From Thermodesulfobacteriota bacterium (GTDB taxonomy: Bacteria > Desulfobacterota > Desulfobacteria > Desulfobacterales > SURF-7): DNA of 64,000 bases. The stretch is from positions 32,001 through 96,000 of the forward strand of contig JBMORA010000035.1 in NCBI GenBank assembly GCA_049320885.1, in the 5' to 3' direction. The stretch's first letter is position 1. Each line of letters opens with the position of its first letter. Below, piece by piece: positions 1 to 8,790 of the stretch. The notes beneath the pieces were generated by a model. The model made no database searches, was not told where the DNA came from, and saw only the letters and a program-made list of their open reading frames with translations. The position numbers and the translations under genes were made by a program.

Positions 1-275
1 TTCCCCTCCATCACCGGCTTGGCCGCCAGGGGGCCGATATTTCCCAGCCCCAGGACAGCCGTGCCGTTGGTCACAATGGCCACCAGATTCGACTTGGCCG
101 TATACTCGAAGACCGTGTTCGGATCCTTGGCGATCTCCCGGCAAGGCTCGGCCACGCCGGGGGTGTAGGCCATGGAAAGGTCCCGCTGGGTCAGACAGGG
201 CTTGGTGGAGCGGATTTCGATTTTTCCCGGTCGGTCCGACCGGTGATATTCCAGGGCGTCTTTTGCTCGAATCAC
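1..275 (-). CDS. maeB: NAD(P)-dependent malic enzyme, N-terminal part (runs off the left edge)
   Basis: Manual translation gives [10 protein letters not shown]...[29 protein letters not shown]...[23 protein letters not shown], with a GTG start after an AAGGAG RBS. Not in the ORF track. Confidence 0.9.
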   Translation of the reverse strand, partial: MIRAKDALEYHRSDRPGKIEIRSTKPCLTQRDLSMAYTPGVAEPCREIAKDPNTVFEYTAKSNLVAIVTNGTAVLGLGNIGPLAAKPVMEG

Positions 276-429
276 GTCGACTCCTTATGTTGTCGGTGAT
301 CCCGGTCTGTTGCCGGGCCTGTCTACCCGGGGGCGGCGATTGCGGAAACCATAGCGCCATCCCGGTTCCGGCGTCAACAGTTTTATGGCCGCGGCGGTGC
401 CGGTTGGAACAGGTGGGTCGGAAAGGTGT

Positions 430-503
430 TCATGCCTGCCGGACTCGATCCGGCATCCAGCAAATACAATATGTTCTGGGATCCCGCTTTCGCCGGAGTG
501 ACG
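430..503. repeat. REP/REPIN-like paired palindromes
   Basis: Minus strand reads CGTCACTCCGGCGAAAGCGGGATCCCAG...CTGGATGCCGGATCGAGTCCGGCA. A related arm, CGTTATACCCGCGAAGGCGGGTACCCAG, is at about 34758-34785. Confidence 0.6.
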
Positions 504-794
504 GAACAGGGACTTTTTACCTTTTTATCGACGTTCTGATATGAAAAATTCTTAACTTGTGCGGTTTTTTCCATCATTTATTCTGGCTCCTGGCTGATGT
601 GCAGGTGGTTGATTACCTTCTTTTTCGCTCCCCCTCTTTACAAACCCCGTATATATTGGATAATATGGATTACTGCGCGAACCAGCTGCATGGGGACGCG
701 CAACAGCCGTGCGCTCTTGAGCCGCGATTATCGCACCGGGCAAAGCGCGGCGTATCTTGGAGGGTGAAAGCCCCTACCGCATGGGAAAGTAGGA

Positions 795-1181
795 ATGAGA
801 AACAAATTTCTTGGAACCGGCCATCAAGGATTCAACCCAATACGAAAAATTCGTGTAGCCATACGTGGCGTCCACTATGCAGTGGTATTTGATTTCGCCG
901 TTGCCTACAAGATCGTACTGTCGTTTTTTATCCTGGCAGGCTGCTTTTATTACCGCCAGTGGCTTGATTTTAATTTGGTGCTGGTTTCAACGGCTCTGAT
1001 GCTCGTCGCGGAAATGTTTAACACGACAATTGAGGCCCTCTGTGATTTTATAGAGTCCAATGAAAATGAGAAAATAGGCATTGTGAAGGATATCTCGGCA
1101 TCGGCCGCGGGAATCAGCATACTGGTCTGGTTTGTGGTCGTAATTATTGAATCAATCCGTGTATTTCAGATGGTAACCTAG
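795..1181 (+). CDS. dgkA: Prokaryotic diacylglycerol kinase family membrane protein
   Basis: Three hydrophobic segments plus AEMFNTTIEALCD and IGIVKDISASA motifs. Confidence 0.8.
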   Translation: MRNKFLGTGHQGFNPIRKIRVAIRGVHYAVVFDFAVAYKIVLSFFILAGCFYYRQWLDFNLVLVSTALMLVAEMFNTTIEALCDFIESNENEKIGIVKDISASAAGISILVWFVVVIIESIRVFQMVT

Positions 1182-1262
1182 CTCCCAAAATCGCGGATCA
1201 AGGCGCTGCGGAACCGGTTGTTTGAAAGCGCCGGTCAGCGCGATTCCGGCCAGGAAGACCTC

Positions 1263-2579
1263 TCATGGAGAGGTAAGCAGAAATGTGCGCAGGTTGATTT
1301 TCTTGCCGGTCAGGCCCGTCTTTTGGCGAATGCTGTTGCGATGCCCCTCCACGGTCCGCAGGGACAGCCCGGCCAGTGACGCGATTTCCTTGTTGGTGCG
1401 GCCCATTTTTACCAGGTTGGCCACCCGGATCTCCATGGGGGTCAGCTTCAGGTGGCGGGCCGACAGACGCCGGGGGAATGTGGACAGAATATCCATGAGG
1501 TTGGACTCGATGACCTCCACACACCGCCGCTGGTGTTCCTCCAGCCGGCCCGCCTTGAGCTGCTCGATATACGGCAGCAGCAGTTCGTGCACATTGGCCA
1601 GGATGGTTTCCTCCAGGGTTTTGCGGTCATCCTCCCTCCCTCTCAGCAGGACCCGCAGGGCCGTATTGGCCTCCTCGAGATTAACGGTCCGCTCGCGGAC
1701 TTTCTGCTCCAGTTTCGCGTGGGCCCGGCGCAGCATGGTTTCCGCTTGTTTCCGGTCCGTGATATCCCGGGCGATGCCCAGGGCAACGGCCCTGCCGTCG
1801 ATCATCACCGGGTAGGATCGGATTTCCACGGCGACCTGGGTGCCGTCCTTGCGGTTCAGGATGAACTCGGTGGGTTGGGAGGCCTGCCCCTGGCGCAGTT
1901 TTTCCAGGCTTTCCAGGGCATGGCCGATCTGATCCGGCGGCAGGATGTGGAGCTGGAGATAGTTCCGGCCGATCAGTTCCTCTTTCCGGTAGCCGATGAT
2001 CCGCTCCGCGGCCCGGTTGCCGTCGAGGAAGACGCCGTTCAAATCCGTCAGATAATAAGCGTCCGGCGCCAGTTCGAACAGGATTTTCAGGCGTTCCTCG
2101 GAGTTTTTCAGGGCCGCTTCGGTCTTTTTCCGATCGGTGATGTCCCGGGTTCCATAGACGATCCGGTCCGGTCTGCCGGAGGTCCGGCACACGAGGTTGC
2201 CGACGGTTTCCACCCATTTGTAGGAACCGTCGGCGCAGCGATGGCGGAATTCGATGAAAATCTGGGTGCCGAGACGGATGCCGTTTTTCACCGCGAGGGC
2301 CACCGCCTCCCGGTCCTCCGGATGGATGTAATCCAGGATGTTGCAGCGGATCAGATCATCGGGATGATGTCCGGAAATTGTCTGGCAGGAAGGGCTCATG
2401 TATTCGATGACGCCGTGCAGGTCGGTCATGCAGATCAGGTCCAGCATGTTGTCGGTGATCATGGTCAGACGCCGGGCTGTTTCCCGGAACGGATCCGCGG
2501 CGGTCGCCTGGTGACGTGGCGCATCGACCGGCGCTGCCGTCGGGTGTTGCGGGGATACGGGTGATGAAGGGGCAACCAT
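1263..2579 (-). CDS. PAS-PAS/LuxR-type HTH transcriptional regulator (start uncertain)
   Basis: Two PAS/PAC repeats ending in RDITDRK; C-terminal LTPMEIRVANLVKMGRTNKEIA...TVEGHRNSIRQK. Confidence 0.85.
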   Translation of the reverse strand: MVAPSSPVSPQHPTAAPVDAPRHQATAADPFRETARRLTMITDNMLDLICMTDLHGVIEYMSPSCQTISGHHPDDLIRCNILDYIHPEDREAVALAVKNGIRLGTQIFIEFRHRCADGSYKWVETVGNLVCRTSGRPDRIVYGTRDITDRKKTEAALKNSEERLKILFELAPDAYYLTDLNGVFLDGNRAAERIIGYRKEELIGRNYLQLHILPPDQIGHALESLEKLRQGQASQPTEFILNRKDGTQVAVEIRSYPVMIDGRAVALGIARDITDRKQAETMLRRAHAKLEQKVRERTVNLEEANTALRVLLRGREDDRKTLEETILANVHELLLPYIEQLKAGRLEEHQRRCVEVIESNLMDILSTFPRRLSARHLKLTPMEIRVANLVKMGRTNKEIASLAGLSLRTVEGHRNSIRQKTGLTGKKINLRTFLLTSP

Positions 2580-2789
2580 CCACGGCTCCTGAATGCTTGA
2601 ACCGCCGGTTGCCGCAGCCGGGACGCCGGAAGGGAACGCTTGCAGCCGGCGGTCCGTCCGAACCTCCTTTGCGGAGAAGACCGGCGATGACGCAAACCAT
2701 ATCGCCAAGTCTGTTGCGGCGTCAACAGTTTTGACAGCCGCGGCCGGCCCGGCAGGCAACCGGGGACCGCGGCGTAACGGAAGGTTCGG

Positions 2790-3635
2790 TCAGGGCTGGT
2801 CGCCGTCCACGAACAGGGTCAGCGGCGTTGTCGCGCTGAAAGTCAGATTGGTTTTGGACCAGACGCCGTAGAAGGCAGCGTCGATGAATTTGTCCACGCT
2901 GGTGGCCAGGTCGGTGAAGAAATAGCTCGGGGTCGTCATGCAGTTGGTGCAGGCCGGACAATGGCCGTCGCAGAAGCTGCAGTGGAAGAACTTGGGGGAG
3001 TAGCCGCAGGGACCCCAGACATATTTCTTGGCCACGCGCACAAAGGCCCGGGGGCCGGCGCTGCCGTAATAGGCGGCCTCGGCGGCGTCTTCCTTGGTCA
3101 CGAAGCAGGTGGTGACGTTAAAGCCCCAGTAAAGGGCCGGGACATGGACGGTTCCGGTTTCGCTGCAGTTGTAGGGATCGATGCTGAACACCGCATCCGC
3201 CAGGCCGGGATTGCCGGCGACGGCGTTTTGGGCCGCCTGGCCGCCGGCCGAGTGCCCGCCCATGATCCAGTGGGCGATGGCCCTGCAATTGGTGGCGGCC
3301 AGCCAGCCCACCAGGTTGGTCCGCACATCCAGCGCCAGGTTCCTGAATTTCGTCGCGTCGGTCTTGATCATGTTCCCGGGATTGTGATCCATGATCACGA
3401 CGATATGGCCGAGATTGGCCATGGCGTTGGCCAGGTTGCCGTAACTGCTGGTGAGCATGGAGGTGCCCACACCCAGCAGGATCGCGTCGCTCGTGGCCGG
3501 GCAGGCGGTGGAATAATATACCCGGACATTTCCGGTGGCGAGGCTTTTGTCGAAATAATTCGCCCGGGCGGCGGTGATGGAGAAGCAACACACGGTGATC
3601 AGGATCATGGTGAAAACGGTGACGGTTCGTTGCAT
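2790..3635 (-). CDS. Secreted alpha/beta hydrolase (chlorophyllase/cutinase-like), Cys-rich
   Basis: Signal peptide, GHSAGG nucleophile elbow, IDP motif. Confidence 0.7.
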   Translation of the reverse strand: MQRTVTVFTMILITVCCFSITAARANYFDKSLATGNVRVYYSTACPATSDAILLGVGTSMLTSSYGNLANAMANLGHIVVIMDHNPGNMIKTDATKFRNLALDVRTNLVGWLAATNCRAIAHWIMGGHSAGGQAAQNAVAGNPGLADAVFSIDPYNCSETGTVHVPALYWGFNVTTCFVTKEDAAEAAYYGSAGPRAFVRVAKKYVWGPCGYSPKFFHCSFCDGHCPACTNCMTTPSYFFTDLATSVDKFIDAAFYGVWSKTNLTFSATTPLTLFVDGDQP

Positions 3636-3920
3636 GGGCCCCCCTTGGATGAGATGATTGCGGGTTGATGATGGACATATGGATGAAACGGAATGAATCG
3701 ATAGATAGCCGGAAACGGGGTGTTGGACAACACTAGAAAAATACGCATGAAATACCTATATAATACACGTATTAAATGCCTGCCCAATGAACAACCCAGC
3801 CGGGGCTTGCTTTTGCGGCCGGGGCCAAGTATTTTAGGATCGCGGGTTCGCCGGAATCGTATGTCGAACCGACGCAATCAACCGAACCAATGGCCGGACC
3901 GGACCGGCCGGGAGGTGACC

Positions 3921-5225
3921 ATGAATGCTTCCAGGACCAAAGTCGTGTTGGCGGACACCAGGCCGGGCATCTCCTCGGCGGTCGGTGAAGTTTTCGACCA
4001 TTTCGGCGGTGGTGCGGCGCTGCTGCGCGCCAGCCGGGATGTATACATCAAAGTGAACGGTGTGGGGCCGGAACCGAATGTCTATACCGATCCGGAGGTG
4101 TTGCGCGCCGTCATCGTCTACTTCAAGGATTGCGGCGCCCGGTCCATCCATGTCCTGGAGAACTGCACCCAGGCCAATTTCACCCGCCTGGTTTTTAAAG
4201 GCACCGGGTACGACCGGGTCTGCCGGGAAACGGGCGCCATACCGGTCTATCTGGATGAAACCGCGGCTGTCCCGGTTTTTCTCGAAGGGCTTGAGGAATT
4301 CATCGACATCTCCCGTTTCGTGTCCGAGCGCCTGATGGAACAGCGGCCGGAGAATCTGTATCTTTCCCTGCCCAAGCTCAAGACCCACTCGATGTCCCAG
4401 GTGACCTTGTCCATCAAAAACCAGTTCGGGCTCGTGCATCAGCACAGCCGCATCGCGGACCACAACTACCGCCTGCACCAGAAATTCGCCGATATCTATC
4501 GGGTGCTGCGGCCGGATTTCAGTCTCATCGACGGCCTGATCGCCACCACCCATGGTCATTACCCCACGGCCTACAATGCCGACAAATGCCTGGTGCCCAT
4601 GAATCTCCTCGTGGGCGGCCCGGATTCCCTGGCCGTGGATGTCGTGGGTGCCGGCCTCATGGGTTTTGACGTGCAGGAAGTCACGCATCTGGAACTCTGC
4701 CGTGCCATGGGCATCGGCGTCGGCGACCTGGAGCGGATCGAGATCGTCCCCCGGAACCTCTTTGAGGAACGCAGGCAGAAGCTCACCTGTGAATTGCTGG
4801 ACGACTTCCCGCCGGACCTGACCTTCATCCGGGGGCGGGAGCGCTGCTGCCTGGAGGGATGCCGCCGCAACACCGAAAGCGTGGTGGAGATGATCTATCG
4901 GGATCATGGCGGCCGGGGCGGCTTTACGATTCTCATGGGCAAGGGCATCGACCGGCAGGTAGTTGACCGGATCACGGGGCGGGTGCATCTTGCCGGCAGT
5001 TGCGCCATCCAGGAGCATGGCGTGGCCTTGCAGGCGCGCCTGGGCAACCGCAAGGTGACCATGAGTCCGGGCTGCAATGATCTGGCCCTGACCGTGCATG
5101 GCCTATGCCGGCAAATGAAAGTGCATCCGTTGCAACTGTCCCAGGTGGATCCCTTGCGCTCCGCGGCCTTGCTCATCATGGCCAGGCTCAGGGGAACCCG
5201 CGCCAATATCGTTCCCCTGATTTGA
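3921..5225 (+). CDS. DUF362 domain Fe-S protein
   Basis: LPKLKTH, VTLSIKNQFG, IDGL, DSLAVD and CCLEGC motifs; ATG after GGAGG. Confidence 0.8.
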   Translation: MNASRTKVVLADTRPGISSAVGEVFDHFGGGAALLRASRDVYIKVNGVGPEPNVYTDPEVLRAVIVYFKDCGARSIHVLENCTQANFTRLVFKGTGYDRVCRETGAIPVYLDETAAVPVFLEGLEEFIDISRFVSERLMEQRPENLYLSLPKLKTHSMSQVTLSIKNQFGLVHQHSRIADHNYRLHQKFADIYRVLRPDFSLIDGLIATTHGHYPTAYNADKCLVPMNLLVGGPDSLAVDVVGAGLMGFDVQEVTHLELCRAMGIGVGDLERIEIVPRNLFEERRQKLTCELLDDFPPDLTFIRGRERCCLEGCRRNTESVVEMIYRDHGGRGGFTILMGKGIDRQVVDRITGRVHLAGSCAIQEHGVALQARLGNRKVTMSPGCNDLALTVHGLCRQMKVHPLQLSQVDPLRSAALLIMARLRGTRANIVPLI

Positions 5226-5257
5226 TGTGGACCAACATGGCGGGAACACCATATCCA

Positions 5258-5452
5258 CTAGTCGAACATCATGGTGCATTTCGCCAGAATCGTTTTGATC
5301 ACCGGACTGTTGGCGGCCAGAAAAAAGGTCAGCTTTTCCAGGTCGTACTCGTCCGTCTCGATCCCCCGCGCTTCCAGGAGATCGGTCAACTGCATGGCGG
5401 CCTCGATGACCCGATCATGGGCATCGGCCTCTCGTTTCGAAATGGCCTGCAT
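5258..5452 (-). CDS. Short YebG-like protein (paralog of the upstream gene)
   Basis: SKREADAHDRVIEAA resembles DKREADAYDKMLDAA in the neighbour. Confidence 0.6.
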   Translation of the reverse strand: MQAISKREADAHDRVIEAAMQLTDLLEARGIETDEYDLEKLTFFLAANSPVIKTILAKCTMMFD

Positions 5453-5458
5453 GCGGGC

Positions 5459-5797
5459 CTATTTGCTTTTGCGCTTGGATTTCTCCACCGGCGCCTTTTC
5501 TTTTTCCGTATCCGGGGCGGCGGACGGGGCGTCGGACGACCGTTTGGCCGGCGCAAGCGGCTTGACGTTCTTCAGGATCCGGGTGACCTCGGGACCGTTT
5601 TTGGCCAGCACCACCGCGATTTCCCGGATGGTCCGGTCATTCAGATCGATCTCGATGCCGCTGTGGCGGATGAAGGTCTCCAACTCGTCCGCCGCGTCCA
5701 GCATCTTGTCATAGGCGTCGGCCTCTCTTTTGTCGGTGAACGCCTGTTCCAGCTCGACGCCGTTACGGACGATGAAATATTTTACGATGACGGCCAT
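5459..5797 (-). CDS. yebG: YebG family DNA-damage-inducible protein
   Basis: MAVIVKYFIVRNGVE...FTDKREADAYDKMLDAA signature. Confidence 0.75.
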   Translation of the reverse strand: MAVIVKYFIVRNGVELEQAFTDKREADAYDKMLDAADELETFIRHSGIEIDLNDRTIREIAVVLAKNGPEVTRILKNVKPLAPAKRSSDAPSAAPDTEKEKAPVEKSKRKSK

Positions 5798-6039
5798 CTG
5801 GCACTCCTCTGCTGTTATCGGGATAACGACCATGCCCCAAGGCAGGTCCTTGGTTAGCATTTTATCCTGTTGATATCAATATGGACAAGGAGTGTCTATT
5901 TACAAACCGGAGATTTGCTGCTAAAAAACCCCAAGATGTTGGATGTCGATGACCGGTGGACAACAACAGGTCGTGCATCCGGCCATGTGCCATCCTTCCT
6001 TCGCGCTGTGCGGCATGACCCATTCCGAAAGGCGATGAT

Positions 6040-7851
6040 ATGGGCTCCGATATCCCGACGATATTGCGGAATCACAAGGATTGGATCGAATCGGCGGGCG
6101 CCGGCGGGCGCCGGGCGGATTTCGCCCGGGCCGATCTGCGGGGCGTCGTCTTGCAGAGCTCGGATTTGCGGTCGGCTGATTTTCGTCAGGCCGATCTCCG
6201 GGAGGCGGATTTGCGGTTTTCCCTGCTGGATTCCGCCGACCTGAAGGGGGCTTTGCTGGAGGGTGCCCTGCTGGAAGGGGCCAGTCTGCGAAAGGCGGTT
6301 CTCACCGAGGCGCGGCTGGAGGGCGCTGATTTCGTCAAGGCCTGTCTCGCGGAAGCGAATCTGGCCCGGGCCCATGGCGAAGGAGCTGATTTTTCACATG
6401 CCGATCTGGGCAAGGCCGAACTGGATCTGGCGAATCTGCAGGGCGCCTGTTTCCGGAATGCGGATCTCGGAAATGCGGAACTCGGAGGTTCAGACCTTTC
6501 CAACGCCATCCTTACCGGGGCGAATCTGACCCATGCGTTGCTGAAACGCGCCGATTTGAGCCATGCCGACCTGTCGGCGGCGGTTCTGGATGATGCGGAT
6601 TTGGAGGACAGCCGCCTGGGACAGGTGTGCCTGGCGAAGGCGCGGCTCCAGGGTGCCAACATGACCGGCGCCGATCTGACCAATGCCGATCTGACCGAAG
6701 CCTGTTTGCGGAACGCCCATCTGAAATTCGCTTTTTTCATGGGCGCTTCGCTGGCAAGGGCTGATTTGCGGCATGCCGACATGGAAGGATGCAACCTCAT
6801 GAGCGCGGATTTGAGCCGGGCTGACATGGGAAAAGCCCTGGCCATGAGGTCTAACCTGGACAAGGCCGATTTGAGCGGGTGCCGCCTGGAGAAGGCCAAA
6901 TTGCTCAGCGCTTCCCTGAAGGGCTGCCGCCTTGCCAAAGCCGATCTGCGTAGCGCCAATCTGGACGGCGCCTGCCTGGACGGATCCGATCTGAGCGAAG
7001 CCTGCCTGACGGACGCGACGCTGAATCTGGCTTCCCTGCGGGGCGCCAATCTCGGGCGCGCCGTTCTGAAGGGAGCCTCCCTGAAGGGCGCCGGCCTTTC
7101 GGGGGCGAAACTTTCGGGGGCGTGCCTGCAGCAAGCCGATCTGGAGGGCGCCAGGCTGGATTACTGCGATTTGTCCCGCGCCGATCTGCGCGACGCCATG
7201 TTGGAAGGCGCTGGATTCAAGCGTGCCAGCCTGCGGAAAGCCGATTTGTCCAAAGCCCGCATGGATCACAGCGATCTGGTGGGCGCGGATCTGGAGGGAG
7301 CGAAAATCGACGGCGAGACCGTCGACCCCCGGAACTGGCGGCGTCTGCTCCTGCCTCCCACCTATCGGACCATGGATTTCCGGCCCGCCGAGTCCAAGGA
7401 CGAGCTTCCGGTCGACCCGGGCGTGCGCTTCTGCCTGACCAACGAGGAAACCCTCACTCCCCATGACCTTTCCACCCGGATCGGACCTTATCTGGAAGCC
7501 CTTGCCGCGATTCAGGAAGTCATCGCCGTTCTGTCGGGCCTTCCGGCCGGACAGGTCAAGGTTGCCTCCATTACCTGCCGGTCCTCCATTTGCATCGAGG
7601 TCCAGGGGATCGGCGAGGCGTTTCAGTATCTCAACGATCATATTGTTCCCTGGCGGGAAAACCAGGAGGATTCCCGAAAAGAGCCGCGACAAACCGATCG
7701 GCGGATTCAGGAGGAATTGATCGCCGGCCTGCTGGACCGCACGGCGCCGCATTTGACGGCCGAGGAACAGGCCGCGTACCTGGAAAGGCTGCTGCCCGCC
7801 CATCGGCTGCTGATCCACAGCCGGCTCGATGACGGCCTGATGCCGCTGTAG
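6040..7851 (+). CDS. Long pentapeptide-repeat protein with a non-repeat C-terminal domain
   Basis: About 400 aa of continuous A(D/N/S)Lxx repeats. Confidence 0.9.
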   Translation: MGSDIPTILRNHKDWIESAGAGGRRADFARADLRGVVLQSSDLRSADFRQADLREADLRFSLLDSADLKGALLEGALLEGASLRKAVLTEARLEGADFVKACLAEANLARAHGEGADFSHADLGKAELDLANLQGACFRNADLGNAELGGSDLSNAILTGANLTHALLKRADLSHADLSAAVLDDADLEDSRLGQVCLAKARLQGANMTGADLTNADLTEACLRNAHLKFAFFMGASLARADLRHADMEGCNLMSADLSRADMGKALAMRSNLDKADLSGCRLEKAKLLSASLKGCRLAKADLRSANLDGACLDGSDLSEACLTDATLNLASLRGANLGRAVLKGASLKGAGLSGAKLSGACLQQADLEGARLDYCDLSRADLRDAMLEGAGFKRASLRKADLSKARMDHSDLVGADLEGAKIDGETVDPRNWRRLLLPPTYRTMDFRPAESKDELPVDPGVRFCLTNEETLTPHDLSTRIGPYLEALAAIQEVIAVLSGLPAGQVKVASITCRSSICIEVQGIGEAFQYLNDHIVPWRENQEDSRKEPRQTDRRIQEELIAGLLDRTAPHLTAEEQAAYLERLLPAHRLLIHSRLDDGLMPL

Positions 7852-7884
7852 GCGCTCTGTGGCCGCGACCGCAGGTCGAAGGCG

Positions 7885-8667
7885 CTATTTCCGCGGCCGG
7901 CCGTTGAGTTTCCCGTAGAGGGCTTCGAATTCCAGGGTCAGTTTGTGTTTCGGCGCCAGGTGGATCATGGGCAGCGATTTCTCGTGGGATTCGCGGATTT
8001 TAACCGATGAGGACAGATAGGCCTCGATCACCGGAAGGCCTTCGTCGATCAGCTCCGTGACGATTTTTTGGGGCAGGTTGGCCCGGGGTTGGAACTGATT
8101 GACGATGATGCCTTCGATCACCAGGTCCGGGTTGTGGTCTTCCCGGATTTCGTCGACATTTTCCATCAGAGCGTACAAGGCGCGGCGGGAGAAATCGTCG
8201 CAGTCAAAGGGGATCAGGCAACGGTCTGCGGCGATCAGGGCTGAACGGGTATAGAAATTATAGGCCGGCGGCGTATCGATGAAAATGGAGTGATACTCAT
8301 CCAGTTTTTTAAGGGAATCCCTAAGTTTATACATCTTGTAGCGGGATTCCAGCTTGGCCGTCAGGTCTTCCAGGGAGGGATGGGCCGGCAGGATGTCCAG
8401 GTTTGTAAAGGCGGTTTCGCGGATGCATTCCCGGGGATTTTTGGGACGGAAGGTGAAATACAGCAGATCGTTGAAAAAATCCGTGGCGGTGACCGTCAAC
8501 TCCTCGGTTGCTTCTCCGAGCAGGTACTGGGAGGAGTTGCATTGGGGATCAAGATCAATGAGCAGCGTCCGTTTGCCGTGCATGGCGCTGATGGCGGCCA
8601 GATTGCAGGCAATGGTGGACTTGCCGACACCGCCTTTCTGGTTGAAGATCACGCGACAGGTTTGCAT
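7885..8667 (-). CDS. ParA/Soj family ATPase, no adjacent parB
   Basis: FNQKGGVGKST, LLIDLDPQCN and IDTPP motifs. Confidence 0.9.
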   Translation of the reverse strand: MQTCRVIFNQKGGVGKSTIACNLAAISAMHGKRTLLIDLDPQCNSSQYLLGEATEELTVTATDFFNDLLYFTFRPKNPRECIRETAFTNLDILPAHPSLEDLTAKLESRYKMYKLRDSLKKLDEYHSIFIDTPPAYNFYTRSALIAADRCLIPFDCDDFSRRALYALMENVDEIREDHNPDLVIEGIIVNQFQPRANLPQKIVTELIDEGLPVIEAYLSSSVKIRESHEKSLPMIHLAPKHKLTLEFEALYGKLNGRPRK

Positions 8668-8790
8668 GGAACCCCCCTTTGAAACAGTATCTTTTCGGCT
8701 GTGTACCGTGTTTTTCCTGGGACCTGGTATGGCTGGGATGATACGATTGTCCGGACTATGTCCGAAAACCCGACCGGTGTCAAGAGTCGT

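Noticed and set aside
6040..7320. 15-bp DNA periodicity as a repeat element
   Set aside because: Fully explained by pentapeptide-repeat coding.
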